DNA of 64,000 nucleotides from Haliotis rufescens. Its lineage: Eukaryota. The notes beneath the pieces were generated by a model. That model saw only the letters and a list, made by a program, of their open reading frames with translations. It did not search any database and was not told the DNA's origin. This document shows, piece after piece, positions 12,701-26,130 of the stretch; the first letter of the stretch is position 1, and each line of letters begins with the position of its first letter. A program made the position numbers and the translations under genes. The stretch spans positions 50,716,001 to 50,780,000 of the forward strand of contig NW_025963779.1 in the NCBI RefSeq assembly GCF_023055435.1. The letters run 5' to 3'.

Positions 12701-15700
12701 GGTTTCTGAGTTGTTCCTTTGATTTCCAACTCAGGTAGATAGAAGAGGTGAAGGTATATGTACGCTTTGTTTATTATTGAAAGATAACATGTTATAATGA
12801 GGAATTTGTAAATAAACTAATGATAACATATTCTGAATTATAATATTTTATTACAGTTTATGTTATTAACTCTAGATTACGTCATTTGTGATGAAAAATA
12901 TGATGATTTAGTTTAAACGTAACCGATGGATTTTTAAACAAACAACTATCGCCAGGGGAAGTGCAACAGTAAGCAATCAAATTCATTCAGGTTTCGTCAT
13001 GTTCATAATGCTGTTTCCTTTGTGAAACAGAGAGTTAAAAAGTATATAACGTTAAGTGCACCTATCATTCTAGTGTCACTCAACGTTTAAAAAAGGGAAT
13101 TGCAGAGACATATTTATGCATGAAGTACTGTTTGACAAACGCAGGACACCACTTTGTACACAGAACAGAAGCCGTAATTTTAAATGGAAAATATGTTATT
13201 CGTTGCAGGCGTTGATTATTTTGGTATCTGGTACATGTCTGGACCAGACATTCCAATTTAATAAAATTGTAAATTATCACCCATACGTAATTGTGCCAGA
13301 CCTGGACCATTTGTAAGACATTCGCCTAGTTCATCGTTCAGAAAGCCGCCGATCCTTTCTTAATGTAGTTGTCAATATGTATTATCAATCAAACGTGAAA
13401 TGTAATGACATTAAGACGAAGCTGTTGCCACGATGAAATTGGGATGTTCTTCAGTCCTTTGTGTGCATGTACGCATAATATTGATGATTAGAGCCAACGG
13501 ATCTCAAATAGTACTTGGTGCATGCAAGTATACTTGTGCTTGTATCTGATAGGAAAAAACATTTGCAACTGTAACCAACGGTCATGAATGTGAGCAGTTT
13601 AAATGTTGCAAACCTTCATGTAGTATTGTAAAATCCTTTTCCCTTGAGTAAACAGGCTGATTCAAGCTGACATAACATAGAACGCTAATGTCGAAGAGCC
13701 TGATAAAAGTCCGTTCAATTTGGCCTCATCTACCCACGAGGAGTTGAAACCGCGAACAGCAAGGAAAACAGTTCCATCCTGGTTTGTGATCTGGCCTTGG
13801 GCCTCCCAAGGACACTAGAAATGGCGGATCGATAAGCGTTTGTTGTACTCTAGAGGCAGATAGACGTATTTAATGATAGGACTAGTTAGGTTTTCCGAAG
13901 ATTCGAAAGCAATATAATATGTCATACATCTGTTGTGCCTCGTTAGTAGTGTATCAATCACATCAATCAAGCGAGTCAGTTTTTAGATTAAAAAGACCCA
14001 AAGTTTTATACTCTCAGAGTTTCGTTTATAACCTAATTCCGTCCCTAAGTGCGTGAAAAGTATCCGAAATGTGCACATACTGGACGTGGAATATCCTGAG
14101 ATGTTGATGTAATCTGTGCCCTAATTGAAGCAATTTGTGCAGTTTACCAAAAAAGTTTGGGATCGATGACAAGTACTGTTGGATGCTTTCACACCGTTGC
14201 AAGTTACCTTTCAACGGAGCATGAGGTCTCCAGACAAAGTCTTATTTTCTAGTGTTAGCTGGGCTTGGGGATGTTAATAGGGATTTAACTGGAAATCGAT
14301 CATACTCATTTATCACTGGGATCACATTCAATAAACAACAAGAAGTTGAATGCCTTCGACTAAAATGTGATATCTCTACGGTTATACAGATTACTCATGA
14401 GACGACGGTGTGAAGAAAAACAAAATTGTCAAGTCAACTTCTTGTAAACATTCATTTTCTTTATGGTAGTTTTAGTTCCAATTGCGACTGGCCTCTTTTT
14501 ATCTAACTCATGAGGATTTGTGTGAAGATAATGTTTTACGGTACAAATAAAACCGAAACACTTGAATGATATCAAAATCCCATGCATTACATGAAGACTG
14601 CAATTAATGCCATTAGCGTGAACAAGAGAATTTGAATCAGATGATTTATATTTTTGAAAAAAAGTAGAAATCTCAAATATTTTCCGTGGTAAATTTTCTG
14701 TATGGCGCATCCAATGTTTTTTTTAACACTTGAAAATGTAAAAATAACAAGTCAAGATTTATACCCAGTGATTGCTTTGTATAAAATAAAAAGTTGAACA
14801 TCAATTGTTAAACTGTAGCATGTTAATATTGCCGATGTGGTGAAGGCAAGTCTTGTTAACTTGCTATAAACTCTCTCTGATCATGAATATATTTTTGAAA
14901 GTGTCTGATGAGCGCATTAGCTAGTGCGCTGTTGGTTATTGATCTGACGTCGATTTCCCCTGATATGTGCATCTATAATCCTAATACAGTTACGATGGCC
15001 ATGTATGAATTTCCATATCCCAAGCGCCAGATAACGCATTCCCTGGTTCGCTCACTTAAAAATACACATCAGCGGATAAGTAAGGCAGTCACTGTATTCG
15101 CTCATTATATTTTTTTCGCTCTGAATAGCATAGTTGAAATAGTAGTAAATGTACAGAACTGGACTGTTGGAATTATGTTGGATCACAAATGTCTACATAA
15201 ACAAGTTTCAAAATCCAGACTGGAAAAAACTCATCCATGTTTGAAAGATACTTCATTTACAGATGTATCTTCTAAATAATCACATTGATAGTGTGCTCTG
15301 CCTGACGACGATAGTTTAATGGTACCCATATTGTTATTGGCATCAATGAATTATTTTTGGTTTTCACTGAGCATAATACTTTTTTGCTTGGCCAATTCAC
15401 GCCTATTGTTTTATTGTTTTGATTGTTGCCCTCATACACAAAGTCATTTAAACGTCCTTCCAGTGACAAAGTGCTCTTCAGTCTCGCATGTCAGCTTCAA
15501 TCATAGATTTTGGGTATACTTTACCAATACGTTTTTCAGACGATTGTGAAAACCCTCGAGATGATAGTCACTTATTGATCCAATGTTCTGGTGTTGATTC
15601 CATATCTTGATGCGAAATATTGTCACAGTCCATCCAAGATCTTGTGTACATAAAGCAGTTTTGATAATGCAGTTTTGACTCTGCTTTTATATATTGAATG

Positions 15701-18700
15701 CTTATACACCTGAAGAAATCACTTGTTACCTAGCAGTTAAATCTTACATGTTTGGTTCAGTGCTCTGGTTATATGCAACGCAAGCAGGCAATATTAATAC
15801 GCACAAAATATACATTTGTAGAACGTTACTGATTTGTTCAGGGCATTGATACCTAATTTCCTTGTCTTTGAATTTACTTTCTATACTGAACATTAACAAT
15901 TAATTATGCAATTAATTTGAATATCCATGATGTTATTATCTTCTTATTTACGACATGCAATAATGAAAGGAAACCGATAAAACCGTGTTTAATTTTCATA
16001 CCAACTGCTCTGTCGTGCACGTATTTAAATTTACTCTGGCCTTAGCTTGTATCCGAGGAATAGATGCACATAAAATATCTGTAACACTATAAATGACGTC
16101 AATTGTAGAATTAATAACAGCGTTGGATCTAAGTAGTTTCCTTTCACATTGAATGATTGGGTTCTGTTTTACCCCACTAAGTAACAGTAATTCAGTAGTA
16201 TCATGGCGTGTCAGATTGACAAAGGTGATGCAGATCTTTACCACTTTTACGAAACCCGCTAGCACAGGTATACAGTGTATATGGTTCTGACTAACAGATT
16301 CAGATTCATTTATTTACTCAAAACCGTCGACGATTGTATAGGAGTACAATATATAATTAACATTTGATAAATATACATAGAACAATTTAAGACATTGTAT
16401 ACATACATTGACTGTTTGAATTAACATTAGGATGAAGGGTTTTGGAACTTATTCATAAGTAAAGAGGTAAATTTACATAAATTTCGCAAATGTTTAGTGC
16501 TGTTGTTGGAAAAGAGTCCCGCCAATTAAAAGCAATGAAGTTAATGCTTACCTGCATATATACATGGATATTAAATAGGAACGTTCTGACTCCCAGAACA
16601 GAAAACAAAAACTAGTATAATTGCATTTCGGTTGTCATGTTACATACGTCATCTCTTGTTTGATGAGGTCGCTGCACTTCAATGCAAAGTCATTTATGCT
16701 CATATATGTCAGCTTCCCAAATCACAGATCTCATTGTTATGCATGTATGCAAATGCATGTACTATAAACTAAATATGAGTACTATCTAATCGCATCACCT
16801 CTTTAACATTATGTGGAAAAATAATACTCGCAGCCTGTGCAAAATAGCTGGTCAACATTTTGGAATTAACTAGAAAATATCAAAAAGCTTCATTTTCTAT
16901 TTATCTTTTAATATTTTTCTATTTTCAGAATCTTACTATTTTGTCAAACACAGCTGGGGTTTAGTTGGAGTAACTATTATGTAGACAGTTATTGATCATG
17001 TACACACTTGACTTATGGCGTGGCGTGAGCCAGTGATCTTTTGAAGATGTGATATGGCAATCACTGTCTTTTTGGAATTAATTCTATGGACACTGTGTCA
17101 GGTAGGATCTTCAGAATTGATTAAGTGTGGTAACAAAATATAAAAGGTCTGCTGTTATATATTTCCTTCATTAGTTCATCAATCACATGCATACAGGTGG
17201 TCAATGCCAATCGCAATTACTTCACACATTTGGTAATTGTGCTTACAAAACGCCACATGAGAAGCGTGTGTGGGTTTTCATTTGGCGAAGTATGTTTGCA
17301 TAGAAACCGACAAGTAACACGAATGTTCCATCCAGATAATACAGAGCGCACAGGGGAGAATCTACACCTACGATAACATTTCCTACAGTGTCCTTTGTCT
17401 TTATAAATATGTTGTCTGCATGCTCAGATTAGACGTCATTATTACAGCAAAGAGTATTTAGTTTGACGCTGGATTGACAAGATCCTCCGAGAGTGACGTA
17501 TCCGTTTTATCAAAAGAAATAATTTCAAAACATTCAAGAAAGAACCCTCGTGCTTTAATTCAGTGCCATATCTAGTTCTCAGCTTCTGTCTACGACCAAT
17601 TTACAATATTTAAAGATTCTCCTGACGATCTATTTGGAATGAATATGTTTTAATCCATAGCTGTACTGAGATGCAATTGTATCTTTGTACAGTGATGTAT
17701 AAAAAGATGCAGTGTTTGGTATTAGAGTTCCGAGGAAAATGCACATTTGTTGTTGCAGCTTTAAGCAAAAAGGTCTTGCATTATGAAGCAAACGTGCATC
17801 TGTGGCTGTGCCAATGAACAAATATCACATTCAAACTTTTTAACGGTTATTACCACAACTGCTAGTGGTTTAGTTTCATCTTTACCACAGCTTTTGCTAT
17901 ATCATGTCTTCCCTAGATAATATGGATTGAACATATATGGATTGATGCTTTAGCTGCCACATTCTATCACAATAAATGCAGTTAAGCCACATTTACTGAG
18001 GTATTTCGGCGGAATAATCAATGAGGATCGATTTATTATAAGAGCAACTCTATCAACTTCTACATATGCATGTACACATACAAAAGGTCATTGTCATATC
18101 CGCCGTAGAAAAGACTCAGCTAGCTAATTATGTTAAAAAAACTATAATCCTTCTCAAGCCTCAAGTTATCCCATGTCATGCAAATACCAGATTTGCGAGA
18201 GAATGGTATACGAAGAATGCTTCTGATCATGATTCAGTTCCTATGCACTGTTTAAAAGAAGTACTTGGGTGATATTCATCCCTCTCATACGGTTTCGGGG
18301 ATTACTCACGCACTGATAAGTACCCTGACTCTAATCCTGTGTGGACGTTACATATTGAATTGAACCACAATGAAATTCAGCTGAATTGTGCTGATGGCTT
18401 GCTCATGACCCGTTCGATCTGAACCGCTTTTTATTCGACTTTTTCTCCCAGTCTTAAATGTTTCATAAAAAGTTCATGGCATTATTCACTTTCATGATTT
18501 TAAATTAGACACAATGGAGAATTCAATCTATAAATATGAACTCGGTCACATTTGTTTTCCGTACGTTTTGCTTTTACAATCAGATTGACCATCGATCCGC
18601 TTTAGACTCTTTGGAATCTAGCAATATAATGTTCCACATCTGGCGACAACTGCTACAGACTAGGACAATCCCTTCAACCTTTGTTTTGACCTGTAATAAA

Positions 18701-19354
18701 ACAAGGCAAGACCCATTATGGATGTTATGATTTGTAAAGGTGTTTTGTGTGTTGTCTACTGTTCGCAAACACTTAGGTTAGTTCTGATAATACATGTTAC
18801 CACTATAATTCAGTGAATATATGACCACAGACAGACACCCTAGGTAAGTTAAGTGTCACTTGTGTAGCGTCACAACACTAGATTTAATGAATAAATTGAA
18901 GATAGTGTTTTGTAAGTGCAGAGAAGCACAACTTCCCAAAGCAAGTGTGTCCAATAATCTTTATCAAAGCCTAGCTTTCACCCTCGCCCTTCCACGAAAC
19001 AAGGACAAGGTTACGTTGGGAACATATTTCTTATCATCATTAACACGTTCGACATCTAGGCAGTTCTTGTGGGCTAGAACGGGCGCACCTCACACATTTC
19101 TAAACCTTAAGCACTCGCTATGCAGTCGAGAAATGTCTAATGTCATGAATGACAAATTCCCGACTTCACCCTCCACCATAAAACCAGTGAAGTCATGAAC
19201 TGTGGTTGTGATGGTAAAACAAATGTCCTGATATTTCTCTTTTAATAGCCACATGTGTGGAAGAAGCTACGTCTTGATCGTATGATTACATTTGCAAATT
19301 GTCAAAACCTCACCCAACACATACATGTAGCGTGATACGAATACTGGTTAAATA

Positions 19355-20040
19355 TACGAAGGGTAATATTCTGAGCCTGAATATGATGAACTCCGTTGAT
19401 AGAGTTGTTTGCTGATAATTGTCAAACATAATCCTTTTTGACATCTCTGCCATAGAGTGCCTGGATCCCACTTATGTTGAAGGCTTCAGTGGTTTGATGG
19501 ACATGTCTTTCTTTCAGTTTAGGAAGAGGTGGAAATCTGTTAAATACAGGGGACGTTCAATAAGTTCAAAGCCACTGTCATGTATAGCTGCCATGGTGTC
19601 AACAGATTTGTGCATAGGTATATTGGCCTGGTGGAACAACACATCTTCAGAGAGTTTTCCATAAGGTATAGTCTTGATATTCTCACGTTGTTGCTTAAGC
19701 AGATTATCATAATACTGACTATTAATATAATGGCCTGACCTTACGGGAGGTAACTCACAAGTATGATTCCTTTGAAATCCCAGAAAAACCGAGGTCATCC
19801 CCTTGCTGATGAAACATACTTTGCCTTCTTTGGAGGAGGATATGTTAGATGAATCTACTGCTTTTACTGTTGTTTAATCCCTGACCAATAGTGGTGAACC
19901 TAAGACTCATCTACAGTTACAAATCAGCTGCATCTGCTTCAAAACGTGGGGCGTTTCTTATCCGGTCTTGCAACCCAGCTTGTTGATATCTTTACACCGT
20001 TCTGAACTCTCTCACGAGAAATGCCTACTGTATTGGTATT
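19355..20040 (-). mobile_element. mariner (DD34D) transposase remnant
   Basis: ORF 19514-19798 INSQYYDNLLKQ...GKLSEDVLFHQANIPMHKS...GFELIERPLY; TACGAAGGG TIR-like start at 19355. Confidence 0.88.
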
Positions 20041-20140
20041 ATTTTGATCTCAAATATTCAAAGATGCTTTGAATAAAGACTCTCAGTATATTTACGTGTT
20101 AAAACCTGAGAGCAACCGGTGCACACGAAATTCTTAATTA

Positions 20141-20241
20141 CAGTAAACTAGGGTTATAACGAACACGCTTATAACGAACTGACGGATATAACGAACGAAA
20201 ATAAGTAGTCCCTTTGAGTTCGTTATAACCGTAGTTTACTG
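20141..20241. mobile_element. 101-bp pogo/Tigger-type MITE
   Basis: TIRs CAGTAAACTAGGGTTATAACGAAC / GTTCGTTATAACCGTAGTTTACTG flanked by TA on both sides. Confidence 0.85.
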
Positions 20242-23200
20242 TAGCTTTATTGCCTTAAAACATGTAATTACCTTTTCAAAAATCGACGTCAAATTGGTAG
20301 CAGTATCGGCGCTTTCACCGCGAAATTATGGCCGAACACGAGAAAGGATCACTGATCAGCATCATGCATTCCAAACTTATTAGGTTGAAATGATAGGGTG
20401 AAGGCATCAGTATATATAGAAATACTAGGAATATATTTGCGGTTTCTTACCAGTTTCAGATGATGGGAAGGTATCACACTGATGCCCATGATATGGAAAG
20501 AACTGTTCCATCTGGAAACGGTTGATTGGTGCTGATATATCCATCTGGAAAAAGGTAAGTTCTTGGTAATCTAATTAGGCTATGAGAAAATAAACTGTGG
20601 TTGGGTTATCATCTTTGAGTTCCAACAAGTGAGTATTTAAGAACCAATGATGACTCCATAATAAACAAACCCTTGTCTGGGTTCCTCAAGATCTACAATT
20701 ATTTCCGCTCTACACAGAGGAGGAGTATCATCCCCTGTGGACCTACACCGCTACAGGTGAGAAGCCGATGTACGTGGTGAGGAGTTTACGTGACTTGAAG
20801 CGATGTTGATGTAACGATTGTTGATCATGATCAATTTAGCCTCAGTATCGCCTCAAGTGACGTGGGTGTCAATGTAAACCGATTCATTTGACCGCCTTAT
20901 TACTACAGGAAATATGTTTTTAAACGTAGAGCAGCTGATATGTATCCGTAGTTTTAGGCGTACATCTCACGAGATCCTCACACTGAGTACTGCTGATGTA
21001 CTTGTGACTGTGGGACAGCCATACACAGCATGGTTCAAATATTAAAATATCCCTACCAAAAACATATGAGAACATTTTAATTGAGAAAGATGTTACTGGC
21101 TGTGAAATAAAAGTAGGACATTTTGTAGTGTTGTTTTAATTCAGTTGAAAAGTATTGTGTATTAAGACTAAGATGCGTGAAACAACATCCACACAATACG
21201 CTGATATAAACCATCACCATATGGATACTTATCAATGCAAGATGCTCTGTATAGTTTTGAGTAATAACACTTCATCCTCGCCAAGCACCAAATTGACGTA
21301 TTTCTGTAACTGGAGAGGAACTAGGTAATTAGCAGAACCATGATTTTTCTACTTCAACCGTATCCTTTTTACAGGGACTTTGGAACATTGACACGCCACT
21401 TCTATTACATTATGTTATTACGTTTCTTGTTGAAATTAATATAAGTTGGAAGTTATTTACAAGTGAAGTGGTTACCATTTTAAATGCATTAGAAATGTCG
21501 TTCCGAGCCCCCACTGTAAAAGTGACTGGGGGTTCGATTAGCATCATATGTGTTTAAATAGTATAATATATTTACTTTAATACGAAATTGTACTGAAATG
21601 GTCAAAGTGTTGGAACAAGTGACAAAACAAAAGACGAATAAGAGAAGAATAAGAGCTGAAATATAGGAGCATATACGCATTTATATATTCACAGGTGCGG
21701 AAAGACTGTATCCTTATATATTGCTATTCGTCTTGAGAATCGGCGAAAATTCGCGATATGATTTTAAACGCAAGCCTATTTCATGGATCTTCATGATCAG
21801 CTGAAAAGATAAGAAATGTTCATTTCAGAACATTTACGTCTATCCAGATAAAGCTTCAATGACGACTTGTCACTGAAAATCCCATTGTCATTTCAAAGGC
21901 GGATCAATAATTGTCGATGCCATTGAGAAGGATGATCTAAGAGCGCTAAAATTAATTAACATGCCCTCCAGATAAATTGTCTCATTACGTTCTAAAAACA
22001 CCAATACCCATTATGTAAATTGGTCTTAGGAATATTCAGAGGATCCAATCTAAACCATGACATTTTTTCGTGTATAAAGAAAATATTGAAGGATAATGTC
22101 GATCTTGACAGTGCTGTCAACGTCACAGCAGTCAGTTCTATTTACAAATTGTCAATTTAGGTTTTCCTGCTTGAAGCTGTTATCGGCATTCATAGCCGAT
22201 TATTTTAATCTTGCTTCAATAAAGAAACAATGTTTCCTTGCAGACTTGCAACAAATCTGAATAAATATGCGTTTGGCGTATGTCAATTCCTATGGCACTG
22301 AAGATACACCAACAGCGAGGATCTTTGATTACTAAATTACTCCTGAAATAGATACCTGAGTCTGTCGGCGATCGCGGAGCAAACATTGCGACGCTCTGTG
22401 TCAACTAGCAGCGCGTGAAGATCGCAAGGAGGCGTGCAGTGACGTCGAGACAAAAGAGATCCGCTATGAATGTTCGATTCGACAGACATACACACAATTC
22501 CAACATTGGAGAACGTCTTATGTCTACATTACCGATATGTCAAGACAATGTCGCTGTTCTACCTGTTGTTTAAAATCAATAAATCTTAAACTTTTGACAC
22601 CCAAACGAAAAGTTAAGTTGACGGATTACAATTAACATAAATATAAAGATAATTCGATGATGGATACATACATCTAGAAAGCTGATCGTATACGTGCTAA
22701 AATGGAATAACGGTACCGGGAGTTGATGACGTTGGCAACATACCATCGATAAAAACGAATTCTAACGTGTCCCCGAAAGGATGCATAGAACGAAAACAAT
22801 AACCTGATACCCGTTGGAGAAATGTTTGCTCACTGTACCAATGTATCTCACTTCTACTGATAAGACACATGTGCAATTGAGAGTGGCCATACTGGGGATA
22901 CGAACTGGTAATACCTGCCATTTTGACACTCACAAATAAGACAGAGCTCAGTAATTGATGGATTTGCTAATGACGAAGCGGCAATGTGAGAAACGGACTT
23001 GCTTAAGGCTAATGTAAGAATGACAGGTTCGTTATTGTGGATATGCCAGCTACTACTCTGGAATGTGATGGACATCAGTTGTCGGCGCTACAGCTGCAGA
23101 TCGCAGACTCAAGTAGAACATCGTCAGCTTTGGATCAGGAACGGGTGTTTCTGTCAATATCGAAGGTTAATTCTGCCTGTGGCAGATAACAGGGTGGCCA

Positions 23201-23777
23201 GGGCTGTTATTGTGACTGAACAGCCAAACGCTTATCTTTGACTTCTTGGAATAAAGACGGTTAAAGCAACAACCTGACCGATAATGACTTTGTTTCTTTT
23301 GTATATCTTTTGTTTATATGAAGCAGCAGAAAATGATCGATAGTGATACTTTTTGGTACACATCTGTTTATATCACTGTACTTACAACATGAACAATAGA
23401 ACAGACGTGATGCTCTTCTGGATGTTATTTTGTCATCCACCATGTTGAAGGAAATGACGACTAAAATGTCTTCATACAATTTGAGATGGAAAGATATTCA
23501 TGCGATAAAACTATAAAACACATTATTGGAAATGTGTCCAACATACATATTGTGAATGGAAGACTTGGGACTATCATATTAGTAACTATACCTTACTTAG
23601 GTATTTAGGGTGTAGTTGGATTGACTATGTCGGAGAAGACGTGTAATATGTTATCCGATATCACCGATTTTGATTTATAATCTCGATCGGAATCGCAGCA
23701 TCTATCTGTGCAGTTGGGCATTAGCAGGAGCCGCAGCACAAATTCAGATCCGTTAGGTTACCTTACAGAGGTAAGCT

Positions 23778-24154
23778 GAGGAGAATGGGGTTTAACGTCG
23801 CGTTCAAGATTGTTGCACTTATGTAGCGACGTGCATGGTGTGTGTGTGTCTGTCTGTCTGTGTATCTCTCTCTGTGTTTGATTGTTTCTGTTTATGTGTG
23901 TGTCTGCTTGAATTAGTCCGGATTAATGGCGATTGCAAAGTGCTAGCCCACAATTCTGCAGTTTAAGATGAATCCCCACTCAGACGCTGACTCCGAGCCG
24001 AGCAGTCCTTGTTCTAGCCCCATAACCCGAGCGCTTGCAAGGTAAAGGCATGTACCATCTTCTAAAGTCTTTTGGTATGACGCGGTCAGGAATCGAAACT
24101 ACGACTTTCCGCTTTCCGAGCAGACGCTCTATCCACCAGACCACGAAGGCGGTC
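23778..24154 (-). mobile_element. tRNA-derived SINE (family 1), full length
   Basis: Reverse complement has a tRNA head (GACCGCCTTCGTGGTCTGGTGGATAGAGCG...TTCGATTCC), CGCGTCATACCAAAAGAC and a CA/GACA microsatellite near the tail. Confidence 0.82.
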
Positions 24155-24529
24155 GTAACCGTAAAGAATACTGATATACATCGAGAGGAGAGACTCTTTA
24201 TCTCGATGTTTTGTTCACAACTAAGAATGTCTTGGGGACATTTAAGACTTTTGTTGATAAAGCAATTGTACAATAACAATCTGTATAATGTCTTAGTAAT
24301 CATATTTAACAGCATTTATCTATCAGTGCTGTCTCGGAATGTTGGTATACTGGGATCGTCATTCCTTTGCAAAAGAAAGGAGACGCCTCCTCATAGGGCT
24401 ATACGCCTCCTGAGTAACTTTAGTTAAGCTATTACATCAGTTTTAAGCAAAAGACTAGTGCATTGGCCTTCAAGACTTTTCAAAATATCTGAACGTCGAA
24501 ACAGTTATTCAACTATTGATAAAAATGTT

Positions 24530-25075
24530 TATGGGTAAATTGCATGTTGCATTTATTGATTTGTATGCCACTTCATTCAGCGTCATCTTCTATGGAAGTA
24601 TATCTAAAAATATGGTTTGAATATTAAAATGGGTAAGAACTTACAATCAATCTACAGTAACGTAAAGGTTGTGTTCGTTCAAACAACAGAGTATCTGGCA
24701 CATTTGATTGTTTCATGGGTGTGAGGCAAGGGTGTATGTTAAGCCCCTTTCTATTTCAGTTTTTCATAAACAATTGGTTACTGAAATTGAACAAAATTGT
24801 GATTTTGGTATTCAGTTACATCCGGACGTTACTCATGTGTTTCTACCTCTATTTGCTGATGACCTTATTTTGTTTGGCAATACTGTATAACAACTTACAA
24901 ATGAAGCTAAACACATTTCACGATTATTTTTTAAATGGAAAATGTGAATGTGTCTTTCAAAAGCAAAAATAGCTCGTCTTTTTAAAATGGTGCAGGTTTA
25001 TCTTTTACCGTTTTGCATCATTGTAATATGATGGAAATGTGGTTGAAGTAGTTACTGGATACAGTTGTTTTGGCT
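24530..25075 (+). mobile_element. LINE ORF2 RT remnant
   Basis: KLHVAFIDL, GVRQGCMLSPFLF and LFADDLILF motifs in different frames (ORFs 24708 and 24715). Confidence 0.9.
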
Positions 25076-25682
25076 TGTATTTTGGCAATCGATTACTGTG
25101 GTAGAAACTTCATGCAAGCACCGTCAGAACACAAATATATGCATCTATGTTACAACTTCTATTCTAACAACAGGTGTTGTATTCTATACGTTTTGTGCCT
25201 ACATTATATTTCGTTTTTACAAATCTTAATAAAGTTTGATTTGAACTGCCATACATGCTTCCCCCTCAATCTATCACCAACAGATTGTTCTGCTTTTGTG
25301 CACGATCTGGCGAGTTTGCACCTGCACATATTTAGGAGAGATACGTGTACCTGTTCAATATTTACAATCACAGGAAGTATGTATTTCAGCGAGAAACAAA
25401 GTTCGGTTATTGGCCTCATGTCTGAACATGGGCGTGTTATTTAACAATAAATTATATTATATCAATTATAGATCTTGCCGATGCATATTGCTCATATTTA
25501 ATTATTCCCAACAATCTGTCTAAGAACTTGCGGTATTTATTAAGATCACAGCAGTAAGATCGGGGCTTTTGTCGAAAAAGTGACAGGTTGGACTATGAAG
25601 ACACGTGTTACTATAGGCACTTAATGAACCTTACCTTAGCAAAATGATGATAAGAAACTACAGCTGGATATAAGACAGGATT

Positions 25683-26130
25683 TGGGCCGTTAGGCTTGCC
25701 GGAAGATATTGATCGTGGGTTCGAATCTGACATCTACTCTGATTGTATCTCTAGGATATTTTGCGCCATACCTGTACTTTAGGTTTCACCAAAGTGGTAA
25801 ACACGTGCACATTAGATTTTTCAAGTACATGTATGATATACAATGTTCAACAGCATACATGAACATGTATCATAAACATGTGCACATTTGTATACCTACG
25901 TCTATATCTTCATGTATCGAAAAGGGTCACGGGTAGCCCAGTCGCTGTGTAAAGTTGCCTTCGTGTGTCACCCCGGTTCTCGGTTTGTCAGCGCCATACC
26001 CCTGCTCGTTGATTTAACCAAATTAAAGCGGTTATCATCTCAGGCTTTTCTCCCCCATTAAACTTGACACTCAGTGATATTACTGGATTATTGTTAAAAG
26101 TGGAGTTAAACCCGTTTCACCTTAACTCAC
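25683..26130 (+). mobile_element. Two decayed family-2 SINE pieces (25683-25805 and 25924-26130)
   Basis: GTGGGTTCGAATC B-box, GCCATACC, TTTCACCAAAGTGGTAAAC and TACTGGATTATTGTTAAAAGTGG match 35775-36055. Confidence 0.65.

Larger units (their letters stand above)
60..15420. repeat. Large degenerate tandem unit, copy A
   Basis: Collinear anchors: 340~38617; 495~17200~38755; 1070~18333~40208; 3970~21108; 4612~42352; 5247~26229; 6340~27210~42848; 9233~44691; 10562~47513~57244; 12230~29835~58070; 13600-14430~31050-31850~52650-53485~59935-60770; 14940~53905. Confidence 0.9.

Noticed and set aside
13715-13785. Terminase/helicase Walker-B-like AVRGFNSSWVDEA on the minus strand
   Set aside because: It is in frame with the upstream reading only because of a 1-nt deletion private to copy A. 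The other copies read VDEV or VTEV, and no Walker A motif was found.
14905-14933. Hammerhead-ribozyme-like CTGATGA followed by the stem GCGCA...TGCGC
   Set aside because: No GAAA after stem II, and the stem is imperfect in the paralogue at ~53868.
23980-24427. ORFs of 111-130 aa (and similar ones at 25070, 43899, 47141, 52145)
   Set aside because: They overlap SINEs, microsatellites or TE junctions, or lack any recognisable domain; treated as chance ORFs.
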